From contig CAVQHI010000002.1 in the NCBI GenBank assembly GCA_963712305.1, positions 1,705,075 through 1,769,074 on the forward strand: a DNA stretch of 64,000 bases, given 5' to 3'. This document shows positions 30,585-40,848 of the stretch, piece by piece. Both the position numbers and the translations under genes were made by a program. How positions within the stretch are numbered: the stretch's first letter is position 1; each line of letters starts with the position of its first letter. Below the pieces are notes generated by a model, which saw only the letters and a program-made list of their open reading frames with translations, was not told the origin of the DNA and made no database searches. The stretch is from an uncultured bacterium. Its GTDB lineage: Bacteria; Bacteroidota; Rhodothermia; Balneolales; DATFMH01.

Positions 30585-31951
30585 CATAGCTGTCCAAAAC
30601 GTTTTGCAATTTACGAATTATATGCGTTTCTGACTGTTTAGGACAGATTTTTTCGCACTTCCAAAATCAATCCCCCCCAATTAAACAAATTTATCTGCTT
30701 ATAATCGGATTCTGGGGGGATATCCGGAGGTTTAAAGGGATGGTCCATTAGCTTTTTCAGGTCAAACTTGACAAACAGGTTTAATCGCAGAAACGCCACC
30801 ATATTGGATAGACACCAGCGGTAGGAGGCGCAGGCTTTGAGGTATTTCAAGATCAGCATAGCAATCATTGCTGTCCAAATCTGAATGAGCACAGCATTGG
30901 CCGTAGTCCCCAGAAAGGATTTGATTTTGAGTAGTTGTTTGATCTCTTTAAAGAAGATTTCAATGTCCCATCGGGCTTTGTACAACTCACCGATGGTGTT
31001 TGCTGTCCAGGTAAATTGATTGGTAATCAGCTCAATCGTTTGATCTTTGTCCGAATCGTAGACCACCACACGCCGTAGCCTGGTGGGATATTTTTGATAG
31101 GTCGGGGGATGACTCAATTCAATGTATTCATCGACCAGGACATGCTCGTGGCGCCCCTCTGGGAGAGGTTTTTCTTTTCCCCGTTTGAATTGGATGGAAT
31201 CTTTGAGGCGGATGACAAAATAGCTGCCTTCGGTGTTCCACCGGTACAGGGTTGGGAAATCAACGTAGGCCCGATCAGCTACGACTACCGCATCAACGGG
31301 CAAGGATAACTCCTTTGCTACGGTGGAGTCGTGAGGCTTTCCATCCGTCATACGTATATACACCGGAAGACATCCATCGTAGTCAAGCAGGGTGTGGAGT
31401 TTGATAGCTCCTTTCTTCTTGCGGAACCTGGCCCAATCATATAAACTCAGGCAGAGGCTAATGGTGGTCGAATCCAATAGCAGGATCTTGCTTTTGATCT
31501 TAAAACGGGTCTGCCTGAATCGAGCCATCCCGCTAAGCTTTTTCATCATCGTAAAGTAGTAATCCTGAAACAGCCGCCAATCGCGATGCTTGTTTTGATA
31601 GGATAAAGAAGATTTACACGGAGCACGGGTAATGCCTAAATGATTGAGGTTTCCACTTGCTGATTTAAGACCATTACAGACATCACGAAGGCTGTTTAAC
31701 TTCGAGAACTGGCAGAACAGCATCGTTGTCAGATGCGTCCAGCTGGTGATTCCTTTGGCGTGCTTGTCGGTGCCATGTTTGCTGACCAGTTTGGTGAAGC
31801 TAAGGCGGTCTAAGGTCTGCATAATCTGGGCAAATAGTGTTACATTTGTCATAGTCAGTGATATTTTAGGTTGGGTTGGACCTCCTAAAATAGTAAAGCC
31901 CCGACTTCGGGGCTTTCACTGGCTACTTTTTAAACGTTTTGGACAGATGTG
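30585..31951 (-). mobile_element. Complete IS4-family insertion sequence (1367 bp)
   Basis: Terminal IRs CATAGCTGTCCAAAACGTTT (30585-30604) and AAACGTTTTGGACAGATGTG (31932-31951); 9-bp direct repeat GTTTTAGAT at 30576-30584 and 31952-31960. Confidence 0.95.
30638..31852 (-). CDS. IS4-family DDE transposase (DUF4372 + DDE_Tnp_1)
   Basis: LDSTTI, IKLH, DRAY and Y..RW.IE.FFK (YREK) motifs; frame is uninterrupted. Confidence 0.95.
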   Translation of the reverse strand: MTNVTLFAQIMQTLDRLSFTKLVSKHGTDKHAKGITSWTHLTTMLFCQFSKLNSLRDVCNGLKSASGNLNHLGITRAPCKSSLSYQNKHRDWRLFQDYYFTMMKKLSGMARFRQTRFKIKSKILLLDSTTISLCLSLYDWARFRKKKGAIKLHTLLDYDGCLPVYIRMTDGKPHDSTVAKELSLPVDAVVVADRAYVDFPTLYRWNTEGSYFVIRLKDSIQFKRGKEKPLPEGRHEHVLVDEYIELSHPPTYQKYPTRLRRVVVYDSDKDQTIELITNQFTWTANTIGELYKARWDIEIFFKEIKQLLKIKSFLGTTANAVLIQIWTAMIAMLILKYLKACASYRWCLSNMVAFLRLNLFVKFDLKKLMDHPFKPPDIPPESDYKQINLFNWGGLILEVRKNLS

Positions 31952-31966
31952 GTTTTAGATATGTTA

Positions 31967-32031
31967 TTCCATAGCCCCCGGATTAATCCGTGTGCTATGG
32001 GAAATCCGTTATCTTCTTAACCGTTTCAACG
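31967..32031. repeat. Bipartite REP-like repeat, copy 3, beside the IS end
   Basis: CCATAGCCCCCGGATTAATCCGTGTGCTATGG, then AACCGTTTCAACG 24 nt after the core. Confidence 0.65.
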
Positions 32032-32186
32032 ACCCTGCGCATAACCCCGAAGCCCCGAAGGGATCCCAACAGGAGGATCCCTATGTGAGGGGCTAAAATA
32101 CAAGCAACGATCCCCAATTTAGTTAAAACCTTACGCACCAGAGAGAAACCGATTCCTGCCCGGCCGGCTTAGGCCCCTTAATGCGC

Positions 32187-32480
32187 TTAATATACCACCG
32201 TTGTGTCCGCAAGTTCAACTTTCAGAGTTTTGCCAAAAGCTTTCGCGTACTTTTCTAGTGTGGAGAGCCGGATATCCTCGGCGTGGTTTTCAATTCTTGA
32301 AATGGCTGTTTTGTGAGTGTCCAGCTTTTTGGCCACTTCTTCCTGTGTCATTCCGGCATTTTCTCTGGCCAGGCGAAGCATGACACCGATTTTAAATTTC
32401 TGATATCCTTCCTCGAACCCTTCGGCGAATTCCGGGTCTTCTTTTTTACGTTTGCTTATGTAGGCTTGAAGATCACTCAT
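32187..32480 (-). CDS. XRE/HTH antitoxin (HigA-like)
   Basis: ARENAGMTQEEVAKKL.T.KTAISRIEN HTH; overlaps the toxin stop by 4 bp. Confidence 0.85.
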   Translation of the reverse strand: MSDLQAYISKRKKEDPEFAEGFEEGYQKFKIGVMLRLARENAGMTQEEVAKKLDTHKTAISRIENHAEDIRLSTLEKYAKAFGKTLKVELADTTVVY

Positions 32481-32830
32481 TTCCTTTCTCCTTTATGTGT
32501 AAGGTGATCGCCTTTTCGTTGTTCGACGATTTGGATCTCCCGTCGGGGAGTCTGTTGTGATTTCTTTACAAATCCATTGGTTAGTACAAGATGGTTGCTA
32601 TCCGGAAAGCCAAGAATTCTGAAAATATCCGAAGCCAATTGAATCAGTACTTCCCAGATATTGTCTGTGCCGGTAAGTTTTTTGTAATACTCTTTGGGAA
32701 CCTGATCCATATTCTCGATCAAGCTTAATACCCAAGTTACTTTTTTTGCCTGTTTCGAATTCAAAGAATCGATGAATTCGGCAACAGGACGTTTTCCAGT
32801 TCTCGTTTTATAAAAGATGATTTCTCTCAT
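32477..32830 (-). CDS. Type II TA toxin, RelE/HigB (Gp49-like) family
   Basis: FYKT..GKRPV.EFI, KKL.GTDNIWE, RIL.F and LTNGFVKKSQQTP motifs; toxin-first gene order. Confidence 0.85.
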   Translation of the reverse strand: MREIIFYKTRTGKRPVAEFIDSLNSKQAKKVTWVLSLIENMDQVPKEYYKKLTGTDNIWEVLIQLASDIFRILGFPDSNHLVLTNGFVKKSQQTPRREIQIVEQRKGDHLTHKGERK

Positions 32831-32838
32831 TACGAGAA

Positions 32839-32856
32839 GTTAACAAATATGTTAAC
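32839..32856 (-). promoter_or_regulatory. TA autoregulatory palindrome GTTAACAAATATGTTAAC in a probable promoter
   Basis: Dyad 8 bp upstream of the toxin ATG, lying between TTGCTT and TAACTT hexamers on the minus strand. Confidence 0.6.
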
Positions 32857-33378
32857 ACAAGCAAGCTGTAAAAATTGTGCAGATTGAATCAGGGTAAGGT
32901 GGTATAAAGGTTTCTTCCAATTCAGATATACGTTTGAATGCTTGAATACAGTATTCGTGCAGGTTAAACTGATCTCGAACTCGTGTTAAATCAGATTTAC
33001 AAAATTGATGAGCAAAACCAATCGTAACTACGAATCAGTCCATCGGCAAGATCTCTATTATTAATGGAAGGGCTGACTGACATCCCATTTGCACGACGGG
33101 CTGCATAATTAATCATCTGCCCGGAGCCCTATAGTCCGGATATAAAGGGAAGAAACATGTCTTTCCATCCCAGAGTTGTTCATTTTGAATGCAGGTATTG
33201 GAGCATTGATCAGTTGCTGAATGGATTAACCCAATTATCTAACCTGCCTTTAGGGGGTACCTATGTTCAGGGTACTATTGACACGTGTAGGTATGCCTGA
33301 AATCTTATTTGAGGTGTATTATTCCTGTTATTCAATAACTTACGTGCTATCAAATAAGAAGAGTTAGATCTTTTACAG

Positions 33379-33433
33379 ACTAATTAGTTGCTTTGAATAA
33401 CTAAAAAATGTTATATTATATAACTAATTAGTT
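33379..33433 (+). promoter_or_regulatory. Repeated palindrome ACTAATTAGT (33379-33388, 33423-33432) upstream of the efflux operon
   Basis: Two copies of the same 10-12 bp dyad in the AT-rich region before tolC. Confidence 0.6.
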
Positions 33434-33514
33434 GTTCAGTTATGAATTGGCGAGCTGCCTTACTCGTCTCGACAACACACAAACTTCTAAACATTTAAAC
33501 AAACGTAGCAACAC

Positions 33515-34870
33515 ATGAACCGATTTTACCGGTTGTTTGTGCTGGCTTTGGGGATGACTGTAATCACGGCAATACCCGGACTACTGAAGGGGCAGGATAC
33601 GGCCCAGGTACGACGGATTTCGCTGGAACAGGCTCTGAAGTTGGCGCAGAAGCAAAATTTCGATATACGGAAAACGGAAGCGGATGTACGGGTAGCCCGA
33701 TCTGATTACCGAAGCACGAATGCCTTGTTCCTGCCTCAGGTAAATGTAGAGGAGACGGCCATCTCAACTAATGATCCTCTTAATGTATTTGGTTTCAAAC
33801 TAAAACAGGAGATCGTAAGTCAGTCCGACTTCAATCCCGTTCTGCTCAACAATCCAGACCGAATGCATAATTATCAGACAAAAATTTCGGTACAGCAGCC
33901 GATTCTCAATGTTGATGGTTTCCTTGGGAGAAGTGCGGCGCATGACAAGTTGTCGGCCGTTAAGCAACAGCTTAATCGTCAGACATACTATGTGGAATTC
34001 CAGGTCAAACAGGCATATTACGGTCTGACACTTGCTCAAAAGCAGCTATCAGTCATTGATACGGCCTTGAATATGGCACGTGCTTTTAGATCGCAGGCCG
34101 AGCATTTTTATGAGCAGGGCATGATTAATAAAGCAGATTTGCTGGCAGCCCGAGTGAGAGTGCTTGATCTCGAGAGTCAATACACTGGTGCGGAAAACAA
34201 TATCAAAAAAGCCGATGACAACCTTCGTTATCTGTTGGGCATCGACGAGGGAACCACACTGCAACCGACCGATAGCCTCACGATGGTTAAACCCCAAAAA
34301 GCGCAAGTGGACTATAACTGGCTGAATCGTAATCGTTCGGATATGAAGGCGATGCGTGATATGATGAGTGCCTCGCAGAAAATGATGCAATCCGGATGGG
34401 CAAAATATCTTCCGTCCCTAAATGTCTTTGGATCCTATGAGTGGAATGATACGTCATTGCTCGGGACCGGGGCTAATAACTACATGGTAGGTGCGGTGCT
34501 TAAGTGGAACCTGTTCGGCGGATATAAAAATGCCGCAGGAATAGAAAAATCTCAGGCCCAATATTCGAAAGTGAAATTGATGTATGAAGATAAGGTCTAT
34601 CAAAACCGACTTCAGGTAAATCAGACAAGACGCAACATGAACCAGGCTCACCGGCAGGTGGAACTTGGCAATGCAGCGGTGGGACAGGCGGCGGAGAACC
34701 TGCGGATTCGAACCAATCGCTATAGTAAGGGACTGGAGCGGACAACTGATGTGCTGCAGGCTGAGGCGTCTTTGTCCGAAGCCAGGCTGAAACGACTTCA
34801 CGCGCTCTACCAGTATCGAATAAGCGTGGCTATGATGGAATTGTTACTCGAACAAAACCTGGTCAAATAA
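33515..34870 (+). CDS. TolC-family outer membrane efflux protein
   Basis: Signal peptide; ISLEQAL.LA..QN and two OEP repeats; first gene of an MFP/RND operon. Confidence 0.88.
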   Translation: MNRFYRLFVLALGMTVITAIPGLLKGQDTAQVRRISLEQALKLAQKQNFDIRKTEADVRVARSDYRSTNALFLPQVNVEETAISTNDPLNVFGFKLKQEIVSQSDFNPVLLNNPDRMHNYQTKISVQQPILNVDGFLGRSAAHDKLSAVKQQLNRQTYYVEFQVKQAYYGLTLAQKQLSVIDTALNMARAFRSQAEHFYEQGMINKADLLAARVRVLDLESQYTGAENNIKKADDNLRYLLGIDEGTTLQPTDSLTMVKPQKAQVDYNWLNRNRSDMKAMRDMMSASQKMMQSGWAKYLPSLNVFGSYEWNDTSLLGTGANNYMVGAVLKWNLFGGYKNAAGIEKSQAQYSKVKLMYEDKVYQNRLQVNQTRRNMNQAHRQVELGNAAVGQAAENLRIRTNRYSKGLERTTDVLQAEASLSEARLKRLHALYQYRISVAMMELLLEQNLVK

Positions 34871-34914
34871 CAAAGATTTTTAATCAACCTTTACAAGAAC
34901 CAAAAGAAACTGAT

Positions 34915-36003
34915 ATGAATCGCAAGCAATTGCTTTACCTTATCATCCCTGTTTTAGCTGTGACAGTGTTATCGGGATGCAGTTCGGACAGCGAACACAA
35001 AGCTGAAACGACCGGTGAACCGGTTAATGTTTCGACAATGACCGTTAAGCAGGAGGAGGTCCCGGCACAGGTTGCTTTTACAGGCACGGTCGGTTCCGAC
35101 CATAAAGTCACACTCAGCACCAAGATGATGGGGCATGTCACGGAAGTGCCATTCGACATCGGCGCCCGCGTACACAAGAATGACGTTATCGTGCGTATCC
35201 AGAGCGACAACCTGCAGGCACAGAAGCAGCAGATCGAAGCCAACCGCATGGAGGCGGAAGCCGCTCTTCAGAATATGAAGATCAATTATGATCGCATTAA
35301 GGCACTATACGACGAGAATAGTGCAACAAAGAAGGAGCTGGATGACATTACAATGCAGTACAAGATGGCGAAGGCACGTATTGACGCCATTGACAGCAAG
35401 AAGAGAGAACTGGATGACTTGTTTAAGTATGCCGTACTGCGTGCTCCAATGGAAGGATTTATTGTTCAAAAGAATGTAGAACCGGGGGATATGGCGGCAC
35501 CGGGGCAGCCGTTGGTCGCACTCGAAGATGCCAATGATCTGCAGGTTACGGCTACAGTGCCTCAGGATCAAATCGGATTGTTTTCCCCTGGCGATTCTGT
35601 GAATATCCGGATTGATGCCCTTGACGGAAAGCTTCTTCCCGGCCGGATACTACATATCAATAAAGCCGGTGATGCGATGAGTGGACAGTTCCGGATAAAA
35701 ATCGGATTTGTCGGCAATCACAAAACCTGGTCTGATGTTCGAAGCGGCATGTTTGCCCACGTACTCTGGCAGGCCGGGAAAGAGCAGCTCATCACTATAC
35801 CGAAGACTGCACTCGTTGACCGTGGCCAGCTGACCGGCGTCTATATTGTCGCCGATGACGGGCAAGCTGTATTAAGATGGGTCCGCACCGGTAAAACCTA
35901 CGGTGATAATGTCGAGATCCTGGCCGGGCTGAACCCCGGTGATCATCTTGTGACCCATTTCACCGGCAGGCTGCTCGACGGACAAGAAGTGGTATCGAAC
36001 TAA
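34915..36003 (+). CDS. RND periplasmic adaptor (MFP) lipoprotein
   Basis: LSGC lipobox; lipoyl-hairpin RAPMEG...PGD; C-terminal VEILAGL.PGD. Confidence 0.9.
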   Translation: MNRKQLLYLIIPVLAVTVLSGCSSDSEHKAETTGEPVNVSTMTVKQEEVPAQVAFTGTVGSDHKVTLSTKMMGHVTEVPFDIGARVHKNDVIVRIQSDNLQAQKQQIEANRMEAEAALQNMKINYDRIKALYDENSATKKELDDITMQYKMAKARIDAIDSKKRELDDLFKYAVLRAPMEGFIVQKNVEPGDMAAPGQPLVALEDANDLQVTATVPQDQIGLFSPGDSVNIRIDALDGKLLPGRILHINKAGDAMSGQFRIKIGFVGNHKTWSDVRSGMFAHVLWQAGKEQLITIPKTALVDRGQLTGVYIVADDGQAVLRWVRTGKTYGDNVEILAGLNPGDHLVTHFTGRLLDGQEVVSN

Positions 36004-36024
36004 CCGGCAAAAGAGAAACTGGAT

Positions 36025-39000
36025 ATGAAGACAGGAATTGCAGGAAAAATCGCGCAAGCGTTTATCAACTCTAAACTTACGCCGCTGCTGGCCATCGCCT
36101 TTCTGGTTATCGGTCTGTATACGGCGTATCTGACGCCCCGGGAAGAAGAGCCACAGATCAATGTGCCGATGGCGGATATATTTATCCGCTATCCGGGAGC
36201 TAATCCGAAGGAAGTGGAGCAGCGCATCTCCATTCCCATGGAGAAGGTGATTTCCAACATCGATGGAATCGAGTATGTTTACTCAACATCAATGCCCGGG
36301 CAAGCAATGCTCTCGGCACGTTTTTACGTTGGAAAGGATGTGGAGCGCAGCCTTGTCAAGCTCTACACGGAGCTCATGAAACACATGGATCAGATGCCAC
36401 CGGGCGCAAGCATGCCTCTGATCAAGACCCGATCGATTGATGATGTGCCCATTCTTTCGCTGACACTTTGGAGTAAGAAATATTCGGATTACCAGCTCCG
36501 GAGGATGGCCGATGAACTATCACTTCGAATCAAACAGGTCAGTGATGTTGCCGAGACACAGACTATTGGCGGGCGTACGCGACAGGTACGAGTTGAGCTG
36601 GACAAGAACAAAATGGAGGCCTATCATGTAGATCCTCTCATTATTGCCCAACAGATAAAGGCTTCAAACAGCCAGATGATGTCCGGTTCATTCTCCCGTG
36701 ACAATAAGAGTTTTGTCGTTGAGACGGGACATTTCCTGAAGACAGATGATGATGTAAAAAATCTGGTCATCGGAGCATGGCAGGGTAGCCCTGTTTATCT
36801 GAAAACAGTGGCAACTATAAAGGATGGTCCGTCGGAACCCTCGCAATATGTAAGCTTCGGTTATGGAGCTGCTCACAATGTCCATTCTGATAATGATGGT
36901 CTGTATCCTGCTGTGACGATTGCCGTGGCTAAACGAAAGGGTACCGATGCTATGCGTATCGCCGATGAGGTAATCGAGAAGGTGAATAACCTGAAAGGGG
37001 AGTATGTACCTTCGGATGTACACATAAGCATAACGCGCAACTATGGCGAAACAGCTTCGGACAAGGTTTCCGAACTCCTGTTCCACTTGTTTGTCGCTAT
37101 CGTTGCCGTAACTCTGCTGGTCATGGCAACCATGGGATGGCGTAGCGCACTGGTCAACTTTGCATCGATTCCGATTACTTTCGCGTTGACGCTGTTCGTC
37201 TACTACATGTTCGGGTACACACTGAACCGGATCACATTGTTTGCCCTTGTGTTCGTAACCGGGATTGTGGTTGACGACTCGATCATCGTGGTTGAAAACA
37301 TGCACCGGCATTTCATGATGAAGAAACTGCCGTTTTACCAGGCGGCATTGGCTTCAATCGATGAGGTTGGGAATCCGACCATTTTGGCAACATTTACGGT
37401 CATAGCAGCGGTACTGCCGATGGCGTTTGTGTCAGGATTGATGGGACCGTACATGAGTCCGATGCCTATCGGTGCTTCGATAGCGATGCTTTTCTCACTG
37501 ATGGTCGCCCTGATCATTACACCCTGGCTATCATTCCGCCTGTTAAAGAATGATCACGGACATTCGGAGAAAGAGTATAAGCTCGAGGAGACGATGCTCT
37601 ACCGGGCATACGACAAGACGCTGCGGCCATTGATGGATAGCGGAGTAAAGCGCTGGGGATTTATTATTGGCGTTGTGGTCCTGTTGCTGATTTCAATGAC
37701 GTTATTTTATTTCCGACTGGTTCAGGTCAAGATGCTGCCGTTTGACAACAAAAACGAGATCCAGGTTGTGATCGATACCCCGGAGGGGACTCCTCTCGAG
37801 CAGACCTATGCTGCTGCCCAGGCAATTGCGCTGCAATTAAAGAATACCCCGCAATTGGATAACTACCAGATATATGCAGGTACTTCTTCGCCAATTAACT
37901 TTAATGGCCTCGTCCGGCACTATGATCTGCGTAAGGGGCCCAATATGGCGGACATTCAGCTGAACCTTGTGGATAAAGGAGAACGGAGCAAGCAAAGTCA
38001 TGAGATAGCGACTGAGATCCGTCCTCTGGTTCACAAGATTGCCGGGAAGTTTAATGCCAATGCCAAAGTGGTAGAAGTGCCGCCCGGACCGCCCGTCCTT
38101 TCCACACTTGTTGCAGAAGTGTACGGGCCTAATTTTGATCAACAGATCAAGATTGCGCGTAAGGTTAAACAACTATTCCAGAAGACAGATGGTATTGTTG
38201 ATGTCGACTGGATGATGGAAGATGACCAGGTGAAGTACGATTTTATTGTCGATAAAGAACAAGCGATGCTCAAAGGTGTCGCACCGCAACAGATCACACA
38301 TGTATTGGGTATGGCTTTGCATGGTCAGAATGTGTCTCAACTCTCTAATAACCGGGAAGTAGAGGCGGTGCCCATTCATCTGCAACTTACCGAACAGGAG
38401 CGATCCAGTGTATCCGATCTTAAAGGTGTATATGTGCGGTCGCAAAGTGGTGCGATGGTCCCGGTTTCGGATCTGGTAACGGTGAAAAAAGATACGATGC
38501 CTAAAAGTATTTTCCGGAAAAACCAGCGCCGGGTAATCTATGTCACGGCCGATGTCGCCGGGGCGATTGAGAGTCCGGTGTACGCTATCCTCGATTTGCG
38601 AAAGGATATCGATAATATCGCCGTTCCGGCTGGTTATAACATGACAGAATACTTTGCCCACCAGCCATTTTCTACTGAAAATTACTCTGTGAAATGGGAT
38701 GGAGAATGGCAAATTACGTATGAAGTGTTTCGTGATTTAGGTGCGGCTTTTGCTGTCGTATTGTTAATAATTTATATGCTGATTATCGCATGGTTTCAGG
38801 ACTTCAAGGTCCCACTAATCATGATGGTGGCGATACCATTGTCACTGATCGGGATTGTGGCCGCACACCTCCTGTTTGGAGCATTCTTTACAGCAACATC
38901 GATGATCGGTATGATTGCTCTCGCCGGTATCATGGTACGTAACTCTGTGTTGCTTATTGATTTCATCCAGATACGTGAGGAGGATGGCGTGTCCCTCAAA

Positions 39001-39213
39001 GATGCAGTGATCGAAGCGGGCGCCGTTCGGACAAGGCCGATTCTGCTTACGACCGGTGCCGTGATTATCGGAGCTTTCGTAATCATATTCGACCCGATCT
39101 TCCAGGGACTGGCACTCTCGCTGATCGGTGGTGCCATTGCCTCAACGGCGCTGACGCTGGTCATCGTACCGCTCATCTATTATATGGCAGAGAAAAAACA
39201 TAAAACTGATTAA
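36025..39213 (+). CDS. RND efflux permease (AcrB/CusA superfamily)
   Basis: 1062 aa; PREEEPQI, GIVVDDSIIVVEN, GIMVRNSVLLIDF and RTRPILLT motifs. Confidence 0.93.
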   Translation: MKTGIAGKIAQAFINSKLTPLLAIAFLVIGLYTAYLTPREEEPQINVPMADIFIRYPGANPKEVEQRISIPMEKVISNIDGIEYVYSTSMPGQAMLSARFYVGKDVERSLVKLYTELMKHMDQMPPGASMPLIKTRSIDDVPILSLTLWSKKYSDYQLRRMADELSLRIKQVSDVAETQTIGGRTRQVRVELDKNKMEAYHVDPLIIAQQIKASNSQMMSGSFSRDNKSFVVETGHFLKTDDDVKNLVIGAWQGSPVYLKTVATIKDGPSEPSQYVSFGYGAAHNVHSDNDGLYPAVTIAVAKRKGTDAMRIADEVIEKVNNLKGEYVPSDVHISITRNYGETASDKVSELLFHLFVAIVAVTLLVMATMGWRSALVNFASIPITFALTLFVYYMFGYTLNRITLFALVFVTGIVVDDSIIVVENMHRHFMMKKLPFYQAALASIDEVGNPTILATFTVIAAVLPMAFVSGLMGPYMSPMPIGASIAMLFSLMVALIITPWLSFRLLKNDHGHSEKEYKLEETMLYRAYDKTLRPLMDSGVKRWGFIIGVVVLLLISMTLFYFRLVQVKMLPFDNKNEIQVVIDTPEGTPLEQTYAAAQAIALQLKNTPQLDNYQIYAGTSSPINFNGLVRHYDLRKGPNMADIQLNLVDKGERSKQSHEIATEIRPLVHKIAGKFNANAKVVEVPPGPPVLSTLVAEVYGPNFDQQIKIARKVKQLFQKTDGIVDVDWMMEDDQVKYDFIVDKEQAMLKGVAPQQITHVLGMALHGQNVSQLSNNREVEAVPIHLQLTEQERSSVSDLKGVYVRSQSGAMVPVSDLVTVKKDTMPKSIFRKNQRRVIYVTADVAGAIESPVYAILDLRKDIDNIAVPAGYNMTEYFAHQPFSTENYSVKWDGEWQITYEVFRDLGAAFAVVLLIIYMLIIAWFQDFKVPLIMMVAIPLSLIGIVAAHLLFGAFFTATSMIGMIALAGIMVRNSVLLIDFIQIREEDGVSLKDAVIEAGAVRTRPILLTTGAVIIGAFVIIFDPIFQGLALSLIGGAIASTALTLVIVPLIYYMAEKKHKTD

Positions 39214-39224
39214 TGAAAGGTAAG

Positions 39225-39259
39225 CAGGTGCGAGGCACTTCTGATGTGCGTCGCACCTG
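39225..39259. repeat. REP-like palindrome CAGGTGCGAGGCAC...GTGCGTCGCACCTG
   Basis: 14-bp near-perfect inverted repeat between two genes of the operon. Confidence 0.65.
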
Positions 39260-39283
39260 ACACCAGTAAATTGGAGACTATTT

Positions 39284-39595
39284 ATGAAACTAATCGTTGT
39301 GATGAGCATTGCAGAATATTCGCGGGATGTCAGGAAAATCCTTATTAGCCAAAACATCCCGATATTCAGCGAGATGGAGATGGAAGGTTACCGTGTGGAC
39401 AGCGAGAAATCAATCGAGGATAACTGGTTTGCCGACAGGGATCGTGGAATCTATTCCCGTGTATATCTGGCGTTTGTAGACAGTGAACAAGCCGATCATC
39501 TCCTGAATGCCGTACATCATTATAATGATGACCATCGGGAACATGAGATGCATCCATTGCGGGCCTTTCAACTGAACGTAGAGAAATCCATTTGA
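39284..39595 (+). CDS. Small PII-like protein associated with the RND operon
   Basis: 103 aa, MKLIVV start, GGAG RBS; beta-alpha-beta pattern typical of small PII-like proteins found downstream of RND genes (fold is inferred). Confidence 0.6.
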   Translation: MKLIVVMSIAEYSRDVRKILISQNIPIFSEMEMEGYRVDSEKSIEDNWFADRDRGIYSRVYLAFVDSEQADHLLNAVHHYNDDHREHEMHPLRAFQLNVEKSI

Positions 39596-39661
39596 AGCAT
39601 TGGGCTAAAACCGTTTCAACGGTTTTATTACCTACAGATAATATGTATAAATACGTATAAA

Positions 39662-39859
39662 ATGTTAGAACGACTCATACGTGCTCTTGCCGGTACATTG
39701 GTGTTAGTGTCGCTTGCACTTGGCTATTTTGTGAATCCTCAGTGGTTTCTATTAACCGCATTTGTCGGAGTAAACCTGCTGCAATCATCTGTGAGCCGTT
39801 TCTGTCCGGCGGAGATGGTAATTCAGAGGATACTGAGAAGAAAAGAGCAGAAAAGCTAG
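39662..39859 (+). CDS. DUF2892 (YgaP-like) membrane protein
   Basis: ERLIRALAG...FVGVNLLQS..SRFCP motif. Confidence 0.85.
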   Translation: MLERLIRALAGTLVLVSLALGYFVNPQWFLLTAFVGVNLLQSSVSRFCPAEMVIQRILRRKEQKS

Positions 39860-39876
39860 AAAAATACGTCTTAAGC

Positions 39877-39909
39877 AAAAGGCCGCGAGGGGAAAACGCG
39901 GCCTTTTTT
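39877..39909 (+). terminator. Intrinsic terminator of the efflux operon
   Basis: AAAAGGCCGCG / CGCGGCCTTTT stem followed by a T-run. Confidence 0.8.
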
Positions 39910-40131
39910 ATATCCATCTATGAATCCGGAAAATATCTTCAGATAGGCATTTTACCGGATAGGGATTGGGTTTATAGAGGGATTAGTATCTGGTAGAACA
40001 AATATAATTCTTTCCGTAAGTAGTTGTAAATACTTATATACAGTCTATGGTATGTAGGTATTTATAATGAGTAAGCGTAATTATCTGTATTTGCCAAACA
40101 TGGCATGTGGCTGAGTGGCATTGGGAGATAC

Positions 40132-40158
40132 AAAAAAAGCAGGACATGCCTGCTTTTT
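40132..40158 (-). terminator. Terminator of the RRM gene (possibly bidirectional)
   Basis: AAAAAAAGCAGG-ACATG-CCTGCTTTTT. Confidence 0.75.
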
Positions 40159-40180
40159 AAAATAGTTCAACGAAATATCT

Positions 40181-40486
40181 TTATCGTCTGCTATATCTGT
40201 TACGGTTGCCACCACCACCACCAAAGTTGCCACCACCACCAGAACTTCTGGGACGAGCCTTATTGACTTTAATAGTACGGCCTTTAACCTCTACTCCTTC
40301 CAGCTCATCAATAGCTGATTGAGCTTCATCATCATTTTCCATCTCAACAAAGCCGAAGCCTTTTGATCTGCCGGTTTCCCGGTCGGTGATAACGGTTGCT
40401 GAATTTACAGCTCCGTATTCTTCGAACAGTTCTTTCAGTGTGTCATTGGAAACGCTATAGTCTAGATTTCCTACATAGATATTCAT
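40181..40486 (-). CDS. RNA-binding protein (single RRM, Gly-rich tail)
   Basis: RNP2 IYVGNL and RNP1 KGFGFVEM. Confidence 0.95.
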   Translation of the reverse strand: MNIYVGNLDYSVSNDTLKELFEEYGAVNSATVITDRETGRSKGFGFVEMENDDEAQSAIDELEGVEVKGRTIKVNKARPRSSGGGGNFGGGGGNRNRYSRR

Positions 40487-40848
40487 AAAGCAATTGATAT
40501 ATTTAGAGATAATAAATCAAGGAATATTGGTCTCAGGCCTCACTATTGCATTTTCGAAAACGATAAATGCTGTAGAACCGTAAACATTAATTCCTTAAAC
40601 ATGGAGACAATTTACACTCTTTTTTGAGGAATCCCATGTTTTTTTCGTGGTTGAGCAAAAAAAGTATAAAAAAACCTTTTGATAAATAAGACAACATATA
40701 ACAGTTTTTAGATAAAATGATTAAAAAAACAGTTATTACTGCCTGTGTATACGGTTTCACAAATGATAATAACGAGTTAAAAGAAGAGCTTACAATTTAA
40801 ATTTTTTCAAACGTTTTTTTCAGGTGATGTATCCTATTTGCATTCGGT

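Noticed and set aside
31644-31958. 104-aa plus-strand ORF in the IS
   Set aside because: Antisense to the transposase and runs through the terminal IR.
36688-39176. Several 100-200 aa minus-strand ORFs
   Set aside because: Antisense shadows of the RND permease.
40205-40241. (CCA)n repeats
   Set aside because: Simply encode the Gly-rich tail of the RRM protein.
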